Below, piece after piece: positions 7,932 through 16,524 of a stretch of DNA of 64,000 bases. The notes under the pieces were generated by a model. The model did no database searches. It saw only the letters and a list, made by a program, of their open reading frames with translations, and was not told the origin of the DNA. Each line of letters begins with the position of its first letter. Positions within the stretch are counted from its first letter, which is position 1. The stretch lies in contig CABUWK010000003.1 of assembly GCA_902495325.1 (NCBI GenBank), positions 23,645 to 87,644 on the forward strand, in the 5' to 3' direction. This DNA is from an uncultured Acidiphilium sp. (GTDB lineage: Bacteria > Bacillota > Clostridia > Christensenellales > Borkfalkiaceae). The position numbers and the translations under genes were made by a program.

Positions 7932-10784
7932 TTATAATTCCTTTTTAAAAACGATATCGAAGTCCATTCCGATCGCCTCGTCCTTCACTTCGTATCTTTC
8001 GGGCAAAGGCGCGCCGCAAGCCGCCGATCCCACGCCCGTGGTTTTGTAATCCAGGAAAAACATCGTTTTCCCCGTATGGCAGTCCATTTCGAAATCGTGC
8101 TTTTTATAATCGCAGATATCGAACGGCGTAGCCTGAAAACAGAAGTCTTTCTCGCTCTGAAAACGTACGGAAACCTTCCCGTCAGAGAGTTCCGCCATCC
8201 TCGAATCGCATCTTTCTCCGCTATCCTGCGGCTTGAGATAAACGAAGTTCATATCGGAAACTTTACTTTTATAAAGCGATACGGGCAATCCCTCTTTGCG
8301 GTCGGGATAATTTTCCTTATCTCCCCTGCCGAAATATTCGCAATCCGAAAACTTGCCGGAAAAGGCGAACTTAAAACCGAACCGCGCGACTTTAGTCACC
8401 CAATCGCGCTTTTTCGCCTTTAAAGATATCTTCACGGCATCGGAGAAAAACTCGTACACAAGATCGAAATCGTAAAGCGGTTCCACGATATCCGCAACGA
8501 TTTTTCCCCTGACCAAGACCCTGTTACCTTCCGCACTCATTTCGTCCGCATGCGAACGGATAAATCTGAGCCTTAAACGCTGCCATTCTTCCAGATAAGG
8601 CAGATCGTTATCGATCGGCTCGCGGTACAACGAGAAATTTACGGGAGACAAAAGCGTTTCGCCGTTTAAACAAAGGCTTTTTATCATTCCGTCCTTGCCG
8701 ATCTCCGCCGTATAATTCCCGCCGTCGATCCTGACCCCGTTCCCGGACACCGCAACGTCAGCCTTTCCCGTTTTCGCAATCGGTTTAAAATCCGCGGAAA
8801 CGATTATCTGCCTTGTCGCAATTTTGTCTTTCCCCTTATAAAAATCAAAAATAACCGTGCTATAGCCCGATTTTTTAAAAACCAGAGGAAATTCTTTCCC
8901 TTCATGCGGAGGGATACCGGAAATATCGTAAACCCTTTCTTCTTCAACGATCCCGTCCGTTTCGAAACGCGCTTTCAGCGTTAAATCGTTCAAGGTAAGA
9001 AAATCGTACCGGTTGAAAACGGCAAAACCGTTTTCGGTCCTCCGGACGTCGACGGGAGCGTAAACCTGAGCGATTTCGTAAAGCGAAGGGTGAACGCGTC
9101 TGTCGGTATCCACCAGTCCGTCCACGCAGAATTTCCCGTCGTACCGGCTGCACGGTTCCTTTTCGTTGAAATCGCCGCCGAACAGATACCTGCCGTCTTC
9201 CGTTCTTACCGTGTGGCAACACCATTCCCAGACGAATGCGCCGAGAAAAGTTTTTTCGCCGTAAATATAGTCCCAGTATTCTTTCGCGTCCCCGCAGGAA
9301 TTTCCCATTGCATGCGTATACTCGCAGAGCATGAACGGCACGCCGATTTTCTCTTCTGTTTTCCTGCGGCAGGTATCGACGCTTGCGTACATCATGGACG
9401 CAACGTCCATATATTCCGGATCCCTCCATTCGGTTTCCGGCAAAAGCCTTGTGGTGTTGCCTTCGTAATGCACCGGACGGGAATCCACCGAATGAAGATA
9501 TCTGCTCGCCTCTTTGAAGTTTTCACCCCAGCCTGCTTCATTCCCGAGCGACCACATTACGACAGACGTTCTGTTCTTATCCCTTTCGTACATTCTCTCC
9601 TGACGGTGAACGTAAACGTCGCGGTAATCGGGGTTATTTGCGAGATCGTCGAAATGACGAGGATCGCCGTAATAATGTATCGTTTCCAGACCGTGCGTTT
9701 CGATATCCGCCTCTTCCAGAACGTAGATACCGTATTCGTCGCATAACCCGGCAAAAAGCGGGTGCGGCGGATAGTGCGAGGTTCTGACCGCGTTGATATG
9801 ATACTTTTTGAAAAGCTCGAGATCTTTTCTCATGAGATCCTCGCTTTCCACAAAACCGTCGTTCGTCACGGAATGTCTGTTCACGCCTCTGAACTTCACG
9901 GGAACCCCGTTGATTTTGAACACGGAATCTTCTATCGTTATCTTTCTTATTCCGACTTTTTCTTCGATAAACTCGCCCGCGCACGACAGGACAAGTCTGT
10001 AAAGATAAGGCGTTTCTGCCGTCCAGAGCGAAGCGTTTGCGATCGTAAAGGATATCTCGTCGCCGAAGGCGCAGCCGATCAGCTTTTCTCCGTCGTATAG
10101 CTTCGCCCCGGCGGGCTTATCGCATTTCAGCGTGATAAACCCGTCGATAAGATCGGTATCGACGGAGATTTTATAGTCCGTCAGATGCCCTTGCGGACGG
10201 GATAAAACGTAAACATCGCGGAAAATGCCGCTCATACGCAGTTTATCCTGATCTTCGAAATATGTCCCGGAACACCACTTCAGAACGACGGCTTTGATTT
10301 TGTTCTCCCCTTTTTTTACGAAAGGAGAGATATCGAACTCTGCCGGCGAATGGGAAACCGTGGAATATCCGACGAATTGATCGTTCACGAAAAGGTACAG
10401 ACAGCTGTCCGCTCCGTCAAACACGATATAGTGTTTTCTGTTTTCGTCCTTCACGAAATACGAAGTGACGTAAACGCCGCAGGGATTTTCTTTATCGACC
10501 TTCGGCGGATCGAACGGGATCGGATAAAAAAAGTTGGTATACTGGTTATAATCAAATCCCTTTACCTGCCAATTGAACGGGACCGAAAAAGTTTCGGTCG
10601 GCTCTGATAAGAATGCTTCCGGCGTAAATTCCGGTATGAATGCGAATTTCCATGAACTTAAAAGAGTGACTTCCTGCGATTTCGTTTTATCGCCGGAAAA
10701 ATTTTCGTCCGTAAACGGGATATAATAACTTCTCGTTTTCAGCGCGTTTACCTGCGTTACGATTTTTTCGTGATACAATTCCAT
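7932..10784 (-). CDS. GH2 beta-galactosidase (LacZ-like)
   Basis: 950-aa ORF. The acid/base region WSLGNEAG and the nucleophile region MLCEYTHAMGNS match LacZ WSLGNESG / ILCEYAHAMGNS. NRHS and HYPPHP motifs are also present, and there is a C-terminal small-chain-like domain. Confidence 0.92.
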   Translation of the reverse strand: MELYHEKIVTQVNALKTRSYYIPFTDENFSGDKTKSQEVTLLSSWKFAFIPEFTPEAFLSEPTETFSVPFNWQVKGFDYNQYTNFFYPIPFDPPKVDKENPCGVYVTSYFVKDENRKHYIVFDGADSCLYLFVNDQFVGYSTVSHSPAEFDISPFVKKGENKIKAVVLKWCSGTYFEDQDKLRMSGIFRDVYVLSRPQGHLTDYKISVDTDLIDGFITLKCDKPAGAKLYDGEKLIGCAFGDEISFTIANASLWTAETPYLYRLVLSCAGEFIEEKVGIRKITIEDSVFKINGVPVKFRGVNRHSVTNDGFVESEDLMRKDLELFKKYHINAVRTSHYPPHPLFAGLCDEYGIYVLEEADIETHGLETIHYYGDPRHFDDLANNPDYRDVYVHRQERMYERDKNRTSVVMWSLGNEAGWGENFKEASRYLHSVDSRPVHYEGNTTRLLPETEWRDPEYMDVASMMYASVDTCRRKTEEKIGVPFMLCEYTHAMGNSCGDAKEYWDYIYGEKTFLGAFVWEWCCHTVRTEDGRYLFGGDFNEKEPCSRYDGKFCVDGLVDTDRRVHPSLYEIAQVYAPVDVRRTENGFAVFNRYDFLTLNDLTLKARFETDGIVEEERVYDISGIPPHEGKEFPLVFKKSGYSTVIFDFYKGKDKIATRQIIVSADFKPIAKTGKADVAVSGNGVRIDGGNYTAEIGKDGMIKSLCLNGETLLSPVNFSLYREPIDNDLPYLEEWQRLRLRFIRSHADEMSAEGNRVLVRGKIVADIVEPLYDFDLVYEFFSDAVKISLKAKKRDWVTKVARFGFKFAFSGKFSDCEYFGRGDKENYPDRKEGLPVSLYKSKVSDMNFVYLKPQDSGERCDSRMAELSDGKVSVRFQSEKDFCFQATPFDICDYKKHDFEMDCHTGKTMFFLDYKTTGVGSAACGAPLPERYEVKDEAIGMDFDIVFKKEL

Positions 10785-10813
10785 ATTTTCGTCTCCCGCA
10801 TGCAGCGGCGATT

Positions 10814-12409
10814 TCAGCGAATAACGGTTATCCCGTCGGTTTGCGCGGCGATTTTTCCGGCGTTTTCGTATCCGTCGAGATCCTTCGGAAGGGTTATCGT
10901 GCCTTTAAACGGATAAGCCGAGGTTTCCTTTGCCGAAACGATACACTTTTCGCCCGTGTTTTTGTAGTAATTCCCCGAAAACTCGAAACGATCGCAATGA
11001 TCGGTATTGAAATCGCATTCGTTTTTTACGGGAGAATAAAAGAGATTGTTTCTGAAAACGAGGTCGTCCTGATTCCCGCAACCGGCGTAATCCCCGCTCC
11101 TCGTGATCAGTTGCCCGGGCATATCCGGGCGCATTACGATCGTGTTGTTTTCGACTACGAGCTCTCTGCAAGTGCTCGAAAAATGAATAAAATTCGGATG
11201 TTCGGGGGCTTTGCCGTTATTTACCGACACGCAGTTTTTAACGGTAACTCTGCGCCATACGCCTTCGGCGCGATATTCTTTCTGCCTGCCGTTCTCGTCC
11301 GTTACGGGATTCCCGTGCTCGTCAAACTGCGGCTGAGTGGTTTCGGCGTTACATAAAAGCAACGCTCCGCCGTCATTGTCGTGCGCGTAATTATATTCGA
11401 AAAGGATATCCTCGTTGGCGATATCGATATCAAATCCCTCGCCGTCCAGTCCGCCGTGTTCCAGATGCGAATAAGCCGCTTCGTTATAGCGGATCAGAAC
11501 GTCTTTACAGCCGATCGGCCAGATGCCCGCATTCGCGTTCCCCGTTCTGCCGAGATAATTCGAATGGTAAGAAACGTTTCTTTCTATCACCGAGTGGACC
11601 GATCCGATCAGAACGATCCCGTCTCCGCCCGTATACGAAACTTTATTGGAAGAAATCTCGATCCTTTCCGACGGATACCACCCGTTCTCGTCGCTGTAAT
11701 AGGGATTTACCCCCCAGCAGGTACCGGGACGGCGGATCCACAACCCCGTAAGAAAAATTCCGCTTCGAGAAACCCTCGTAACTTCGTTGCCGATAATTCT
11801 GATATCGCGGTAATTGCAGGGCTGTTTCGCTTCGTCGCCCGCAAGAAAAATAATACCGCCCGTTTCGTAATAAAACCGTTTTTGCGGACAAACCGTTTCG
11901 GGATCGATCTCTCTGATATCGATCTCTTTCTCTCTTTTTTCGTAAATCCAGTTATAATTGACGTCTTTTACGACGCAGTTTTTTATGGTGAGATATGCCA
12001 GACTGCCCGCCTCTTTTACCTTTACGAAAATACCGATAAGTCCTTTCGGATTCGTAACCGCAATTTCGGAAATTACGGCATACCCGCGCGATATTTCCAC
12101 CGCGCAGTCGTTGCCGTCGCCGTCAAACAAAGGCAGTTCGCCCTCGCCGTAAGACGATATCGTAAGCGGAAGATCCTCATGCGCCGCCATTCCTCCGGCT
12201 TCGAGTTTTCCTTTGAAAACGCCGCCGCGCTTTATCAGAATGCGGAGAGGTCTTTCGAGTTTCAGTATTTCGTTGAGTTTACCGAGACTTTTAAAGGGAG
12301 TTCTCTCGCTTTTCCCGTCGCTCAGATCGCTGCCGTTTACGGCGTCGAAATAATAGGTATCGTACCGGGCATTGCAAAAATCATATTCTTCCGGTCGTTG
12401 ATCAAACAT
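10814..12409 (-). CDS. Beta-helix protein, paralog 2 of 3; no signal peptide, so predicted cytoplasmic
   Basis: 531-aa ORF starting MFDQRPEEYDFCNARYDTYYFDAVNG. It carries NPKGLIGI, WGVNPY, GGDGIV, ANAGIWPI, DGEGFDIDI and YNYAHDNDGGALLLCN. Confidence 0.85.
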   Translation of the reverse strand: MFDQRPEEYDFCNARYDTYYFDAVNGSDLSDGKSERTPFKSLGKLNEILKLERPLRILIKRGGVFKGKLEAGGMAAHEDLPLTISSYGEGELPLFDGDGNDCAVEISRGYAVISEIAVTNPKGLIGIFVKVKEAGSLAYLTIKNCVVKDVNYNWIYEKREKEIDIREIDPETVCPQKRFYYETGGIIFLAGDEAKQPCNYRDIRIIGNEVTRVSRSGIFLTGLWIRRPGTCWGVNPYYSDENGWYPSERIEISSNKVSYTGGDGIVLIGSVHSVIERNVSYHSNYLGRTGNANAGIWPIGCKDVLIRYNEAAYSHLEHGGLDGEGFDIDIANEDILFEYNYAHDNDGGALLLCNAETTQPQFDEHGNPVTDENGRQKEYRAEGVWRRVTVKNCVSVNNGKAPEHPNFIHFSSTCRELVVENNTIVMRPDMPGQLITRSGDYAGCGNQDDLVFRNNLFYSPVKNECDFNTDHCDRFEFSGNYYKNTGEKCIVSAKETSAYPFKGTITLPKDLDGYENAGKIAAQTDGITVIR

Positions 12410-12424
12410 TCGGGGAATCTCCTT

Positions 12425-14323
12425 TTATTCGCAGAATGCGCCGAGATATCTCTTACCTGCGGTATTTACCCCCGCAAAATCGAATTTGTTGAGCGAAGCG
12501 AGTTTTTCGCCGAGCGCAAACACGTCTGCATTCCCGGGTTTATAAGCGAAAGCCGCGCTGTATCCCGTTCTTCCGGAAGGCACGGAGATCTTCGGATCCA
12601 CATTTAAAATCGCTTTGGCGTCGCTGATCCCGTTCCATTCGTCAAAGAAGGAGTCCGGGAAATTCCAGTAAAGATTGTTTTCGAAAACATAATCTTCGGA
12701 ATACGCCATATTGATTTTCGAGTATTGTTCGCCCGGGCTGCAGAAAATATTGTTTCTGAAGACAAAACCCTTCTGATTGCCGCAATTGCCGTAGTCCGCG
12801 GTATAAACGAGATCCTGCGAGAACATCCCCTTTTTCATTACGACGATGTTGTTTTCGCACACGGCGTTATAGCAATCGCTCGACACGACCAGAAACGCCG
12901 CGTTGGAACCGCCTGCACCGTTATTCGCAAACACGTTGTTTCTGATAAATACTTTATCCCAGTTTCCGCGGTCTTCGAAGGTTTTCTGTCTGCCTGTCGC
13001 GTCGTCGATCACCGCCCTGCCGTTTTCATCGAATAAAGGCATCTGCGAATGTACGTTACATAAGAGCAGTCCGCCGCCCGCGTTGTCATGCGAATAGTTA
13101 TACTGAAAATATATTTCGGAGCACCCTATGTCGATATCGAAACCCTCGCCGTCGGTACAGCCGTTATCGAGATGCGTATAGCCCGCTTCGTTATACCGGA
13201 TATAAACTCTTCTCGCATTGACGGGCCATATTCCCGCGCAGGCGTTGCCCGCTCTGCCCAGAATGGCGGAATGGATCACCGTGTTCCTCTCGATCCAGCA
13301 ATCCTGCACGCCGATGGGAACGATCCCGTCGCCGCCGACGTAGGAAATATCGTTGCCGCTTATCACGACGAACTCCGGCGGATACCAGCCGTCGTCCTGA
13401 CTTCTGTATTTGTTCGCGCCGCCCCAGTTGCACCCGTTTCCGGACTGCCACTGGCTGTCGAAAATGATACCCGCTCTTCCCGTCTCGCGGACGATGTTGT
13501 TATTGACCCAGACGTTCCGGAACATTCTGTAGTGTTCGCCGTCACCCTTGGGCGCGGAAAAATAGATCCCGCAGGTACCGTAATGGTAATTGCCGTCGGA
13601 ACATACTTCCTTCACGTTTACGACGTCTTTGGTATTGCCTTCCGCTTCGGCAAAAGCCTCCACGCCGAAATCGTAAGTCCAGTTCCAGCAGATCTTGTGC
13701 ACGAAACAGTTTTCGACGACGATATTTTCGCTGACGCCGTTTTTAGCCGCTTCTACCCTGATCCCCTGCGTGCCGGTCGGGTTGGACACTTCCAGATCGA
13801 AAATTCTCGCGTTGTCACCCAGAAGGTATACTGCGCTGCCTCCGGTCCCGTTGATCGCCGCACGCCCCTCGCCGTAACTGCCGACATACAACGGCTTCTC
13901 TTCGGAAGAGGTGAATTTTTCGAGTATTAACTGTCCGTTGAACGACGTTCCGCCTTTGAACAGGATCTTCAGAGGTCCGGTCGACCCGTTTACGAGAGCC
14001 GAAGCCGCCGCCAGGGTCTTTTTTGCCGAAGCTTCGCTTTTGCCGTCGTTTGCGTCGTCACCGTTTTCCCCGTCAAAATAATACACCGAGTAATCTCCGT
14101 AATCCACGGTTTTATAAACGGGAGCCGAAGGGACTTCGACATACACCGAATCGTCCGTTCCGGGGTCGGATCCCGGATCGGAAGCCGGCTCCGACGTGCT
14201 TTCCTCCCCCGTATTCCCGGAAGTTCCGGACGGATCGGGATCCTTTTTCCCGCACGACGCGAAACATGCGCACGAAACGGCAAAAAACATGACCGACATA
14301 AGAACGCAAAATAATTTTCTCAT
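12425..14323 (-). CDS. Secreted lipoprotein, beta-helix paralog 3 of 3
   Basis: The ORF track gives 12425..14425. I prefer the internal ATG at 14323 (MRKLFCVLMSVMFFAVSCACFASC lipobox), which is preceded by GGAGAAAAAG. Motifs: GGDGIV, CAGIWPV, DGEGFDIDI, YNYSHDNAGGGLLLCN. Confidence 0.85.
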   Translation of the reverse strand: MRKLFCVLMSVMFFAVSCACFASCGKKDPDPSGTSGNTGEESTSEPASDPGSDPGTDDSVYVEVPSAPVYKTVDYGDYSVYYFDGENGDDANDGKSEASAKKTLAAASALVNGSTGPLKILFKGGTSFNGQLILEKFTSSEEKPLYVGSYGEGRAAINGTGGSAVYLLGDNARIFDLEVSNPTGTQGIRVEAAKNGVSENIVVENCFVHKICWNWTYDFGVEAFAEAEGNTKDVVNVKEVCSDGNYHYGTCGIYFSAPKGDGEHYRMFRNVWVNNNIVRETGRAGIIFDSQWQSGNGCNWGGANKYRSQDDGWYPPEFVVISGNDISYVGGDGIVPIGVQDCWIERNTVIHSAILGRAGNACAGIWPVNARRVYIRYNEAGYTHLDNGCTDGEGFDIDIGCSEIYFQYNYSHDNAGGGLLLCNVHSQMPLFDENGRAVIDDATGRQKTFEDRGNWDKVFIRNNVFANNGAGGSNAAFLVVSSDCYNAVCENNIVVMKKGMFSQDLVYTADYGNCGNQKGFVFRNNIFCSPGEQYSKINMAYSEDYVFENNLYWNFPDSFFDEWNGISDAKAILNVDPKISVPSGRTGYSAAFAYKPGNADVFALGEKLASLNKFDFAGVNTAGKRYLGAFCE

Positions 14324-14339
14324 CTTTTTCTCCGATATT

Positions 14340-14801
14340 TTATTTGGATAGTCCCTTTGCCATGTAAATAAACGGCACGGGAAGAGCGAGCAACGACAAA
14401 ATTTTAAACATAACTTTTTTTGCACCCGCGTATTCCTCGCACACGTTGAACGCCGATTTCACCACGGCGACATAACAAAGCGCAAGACAGATCACGATGG
14501 GCAGAAGCATGACCTGCCCGAGCCAGGTATACGCTTTGAGCGTAAGGTTGTGTACGCCCCAGTTCCAGTAAAGCGCGCAGAGAAAGGAAACGATCAGAAG
14601 TTCCGCAAAAAAGCCGGACGGCCTGGTTACGGGAACGCTCAGAATTCTGATCTTTCCCGCGACCGCGGTGAGATATTTAAGCCCGTAAACGGGGATAAAC
14701 ACCGTATATAAATTTTTCTCACCCGAATCTTTCATCAGGAAAAAGATTCCCGTCTGTAAAAGTTCGAGATATACGAGTATGGCGATAACCGCAACCCACA
14801 T
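14340..14801 (-). CDS. Small polytopic membrane protein of unknown function (about 4 TM)
   Basis: 153-aa hydrophobic ORF with a GGGAG RBS 6 nt upstream. It is packed between the SBP gene and a beta-helix gene (16- and 28-nt gaps). I recognise no family. Confidence 0.6.
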   Translation of the reverse strand: MWVAVIAILVYLELLQTGIFFLMKDSGEKNLYTVFIPVYGLKYLTAVAGKIRILSVPVTRPSGFFAELLIVSFLCALYWNWGVHNLTLKAYTWLGQVMLLPIVICLALCYVAVVKSAFNVCEEYAGAKKVMFKILSLLALPVPFIYMAKGLSK

Positions 14802-14829
14802 GGTAAACTCCCGTAAATACCGAAAGGTT

Positions 14830-16524
14830 TTAACCTCTCATCTGCTTCATTATGTTATATTGCTGCGTTAAGAAATCAAGATAATCCGCGTCGTCTTCGA
14901 GATAGTTTCTTCTGTAGAACTCCGCAAGCGACAGATTCGGATTTTCGCTGCTCGCGTTGGACGGATTGGTATTGCCCGACCACGCAGACGCCGCAACGCC
15001 GTTCCAGTAAGTATTGAGCGATGCGGAATGAAGCTGGCTCATGCCCGCGTTTCTCGGAAGAATGTAATCGATGATATCGTTATCTACGTAATATTCTTTT
15101 TTCTGAGAATTTGCGATCCAAGCGCGTTCCTCGGCGGTGTAACCGCTGTACAACAGGTTGGACATATTCTGGTTTTCGACAAGGCTGAAGATACCGGAAT
15201 ACGGCGCTTTGGTAAGATAATTCTCTTTGCCTTCGGGATAAGAGTAAGTACCGTCGCCGTTGTTGACCCAGTGAGTGCCTTCCACGCCGTAAGCGCAGAG
15301 ATTATAGTTCGCTTCATCCGAGTACATCCAGTTAAGATATTTTACGATGTCGGCGGCGTTGGACGAAGAAGACATCACGATCGCCGCTTTATACCCGGTG
15401 GAAAGACGCATGAACCCTTTCTTGTCGGGAGAACTTTCTCTCGCGAGAGGTCCTAACACGGTAAATTCCGCTTCCGGGTTCTGAGCTTTTGTCTTTCTTG
15501 CCACCTTGATGAGATGCGAAACGGTCGGATCCGTCATGAACACACCCGTAAGCCCCGCGATAAACTGACCTTCCGACGCTTCGAGCGATTGCGTATTGGC
15601 GTCGCTCGGCAGAATCTTGGAATCGTGTACCCATCTGTATTCCGTCTGTAAAAGGTCTTTGAATCCTTCCTGCGCAAAACCGGGAGCGATTATCGTTTCG
15701 CCTTTTTCGTTCGTTGTCTCGCCGTAGAAGAAATAGCCCGCGTTGGAGAAGGCACCCGTAAACACTTTTTCGATATCCCAGATCGCACCGCTGATCGAAT
15801 ACGAAGAATCGTTATCGTGCCCCGTAACGTTTTTTGACTTCATCTTTTTGCACATATCCTCGAACTGCTCGACGGTGGTTAAAAGCGTAAGTCCTTTTTC
15901 CGCAGCTTCGTCGGCGTCGTCGGTGTAACCGACGGCTCTCATGTAGTCCTTTCTGACGAGAATTCCGTGTTTGTACGGATTGACGTAAGAAGGGATCCCG
16001 ACAAGTTCGTCGTTGAAAGTCGTCATCGTGTTAAGATCGGTTTTTTCGGAAATATTGTATCCGTACTGATCGACGAGTCTCGCGAGGTTGTAATAGATGC
16101 TCTGCCCGATCGCGTAATCGTCGATTCCCGAATCGAATCTCGTGTGCGATATCACCACGTCTACCTGTTCGTGCGCGACCAGGCTGTTCGCGAGAACGCT
16201 TGACATATTGGTGCCGAGATACGAAACGCTGAAATCGAGCGAAATGCCCGTATCGGCATAATAAGCGTCTTCGACCGCTTTTTTAACCGCTTCTTCTTCG
16301 GATCCTTTCACCACGCTGTATTCGGAAGAACCGCCGCAGTAAATAACGATCTTTTTCCCCGCGGGGCGTTTGGAAGGATCGTATTTCGTACCGCTTTCGG
16401 ACGAAGAATCCGCCGAAGACTGCTGATTGTCCGTGCTGTCCTTTTTCCCTCCGCCGCAGGCAGCGAAAGAAGCCGTGATCGCAAGCGCAACGATAAGACT
16501 GAGTGCTTTTTTGAAGATTTTCAT
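14830..16524 (-). CDS. ABC transporter extracellular solute-binding lipoprotein (large LplA-like sugar/oligosaccharide SBP)
   Basis: 564-aa ORF with lipobox MKIFKKALSLIVALAITASFAACGG and a Ser/Asp-rich linker. Its size and genomic context are typical of LplA-type SBPs. Its start overlaps the stop of the upstream gene (ATGA at 16521-16524). Confidence 0.85.
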   Translation of the reverse strand: MKIFKKALSLIVALAITASFAACGGGKKDSTDNQQSSADSSSESGTKYDPSKRPAGKKIVIYCGGSSEYSVVKGSEEEAVKKAVEDAYYADTGISLDFSVSYLGTNMSSVLANSLVAHEQVDVVISHTRFDSGIDDYAIGQSIYYNLARLVDQYGYNISEKTDLNTMTTFNDELVGIPSYVNPYKHGILVRKDYMRAVGYTDDADEAAEKGLTLLTTVEQFEDMCKKMKSKNVTGHDNDSSYSISGAIWDIEKVFTGAFSNAGYFFYGETTNEKGETIIAPGFAQEGFKDLLQTEYRWVHDSKILPSDANTQSLEASEGQFIAGLTGVFMTDPTVSHLIKVARKTKAQNPEAEFTVLGPLARESSPDKKGFMRLSTGYKAAIVMSSSSNAADIVKYLNWMYSDEANYNLCAYGVEGTHWVNNGDGTYSYPEGKENYLTKAPYSGIFSLVENQNMSNLLYSGYTAEERAWIANSQKKEYYVDNDIIDYILPRNAGMSQLHSASLNTYWNGVAASAWSGNTNPSNASSENPNLSLAEFYRRNYLEDDADYLDFLTQQYNIMKQMRG

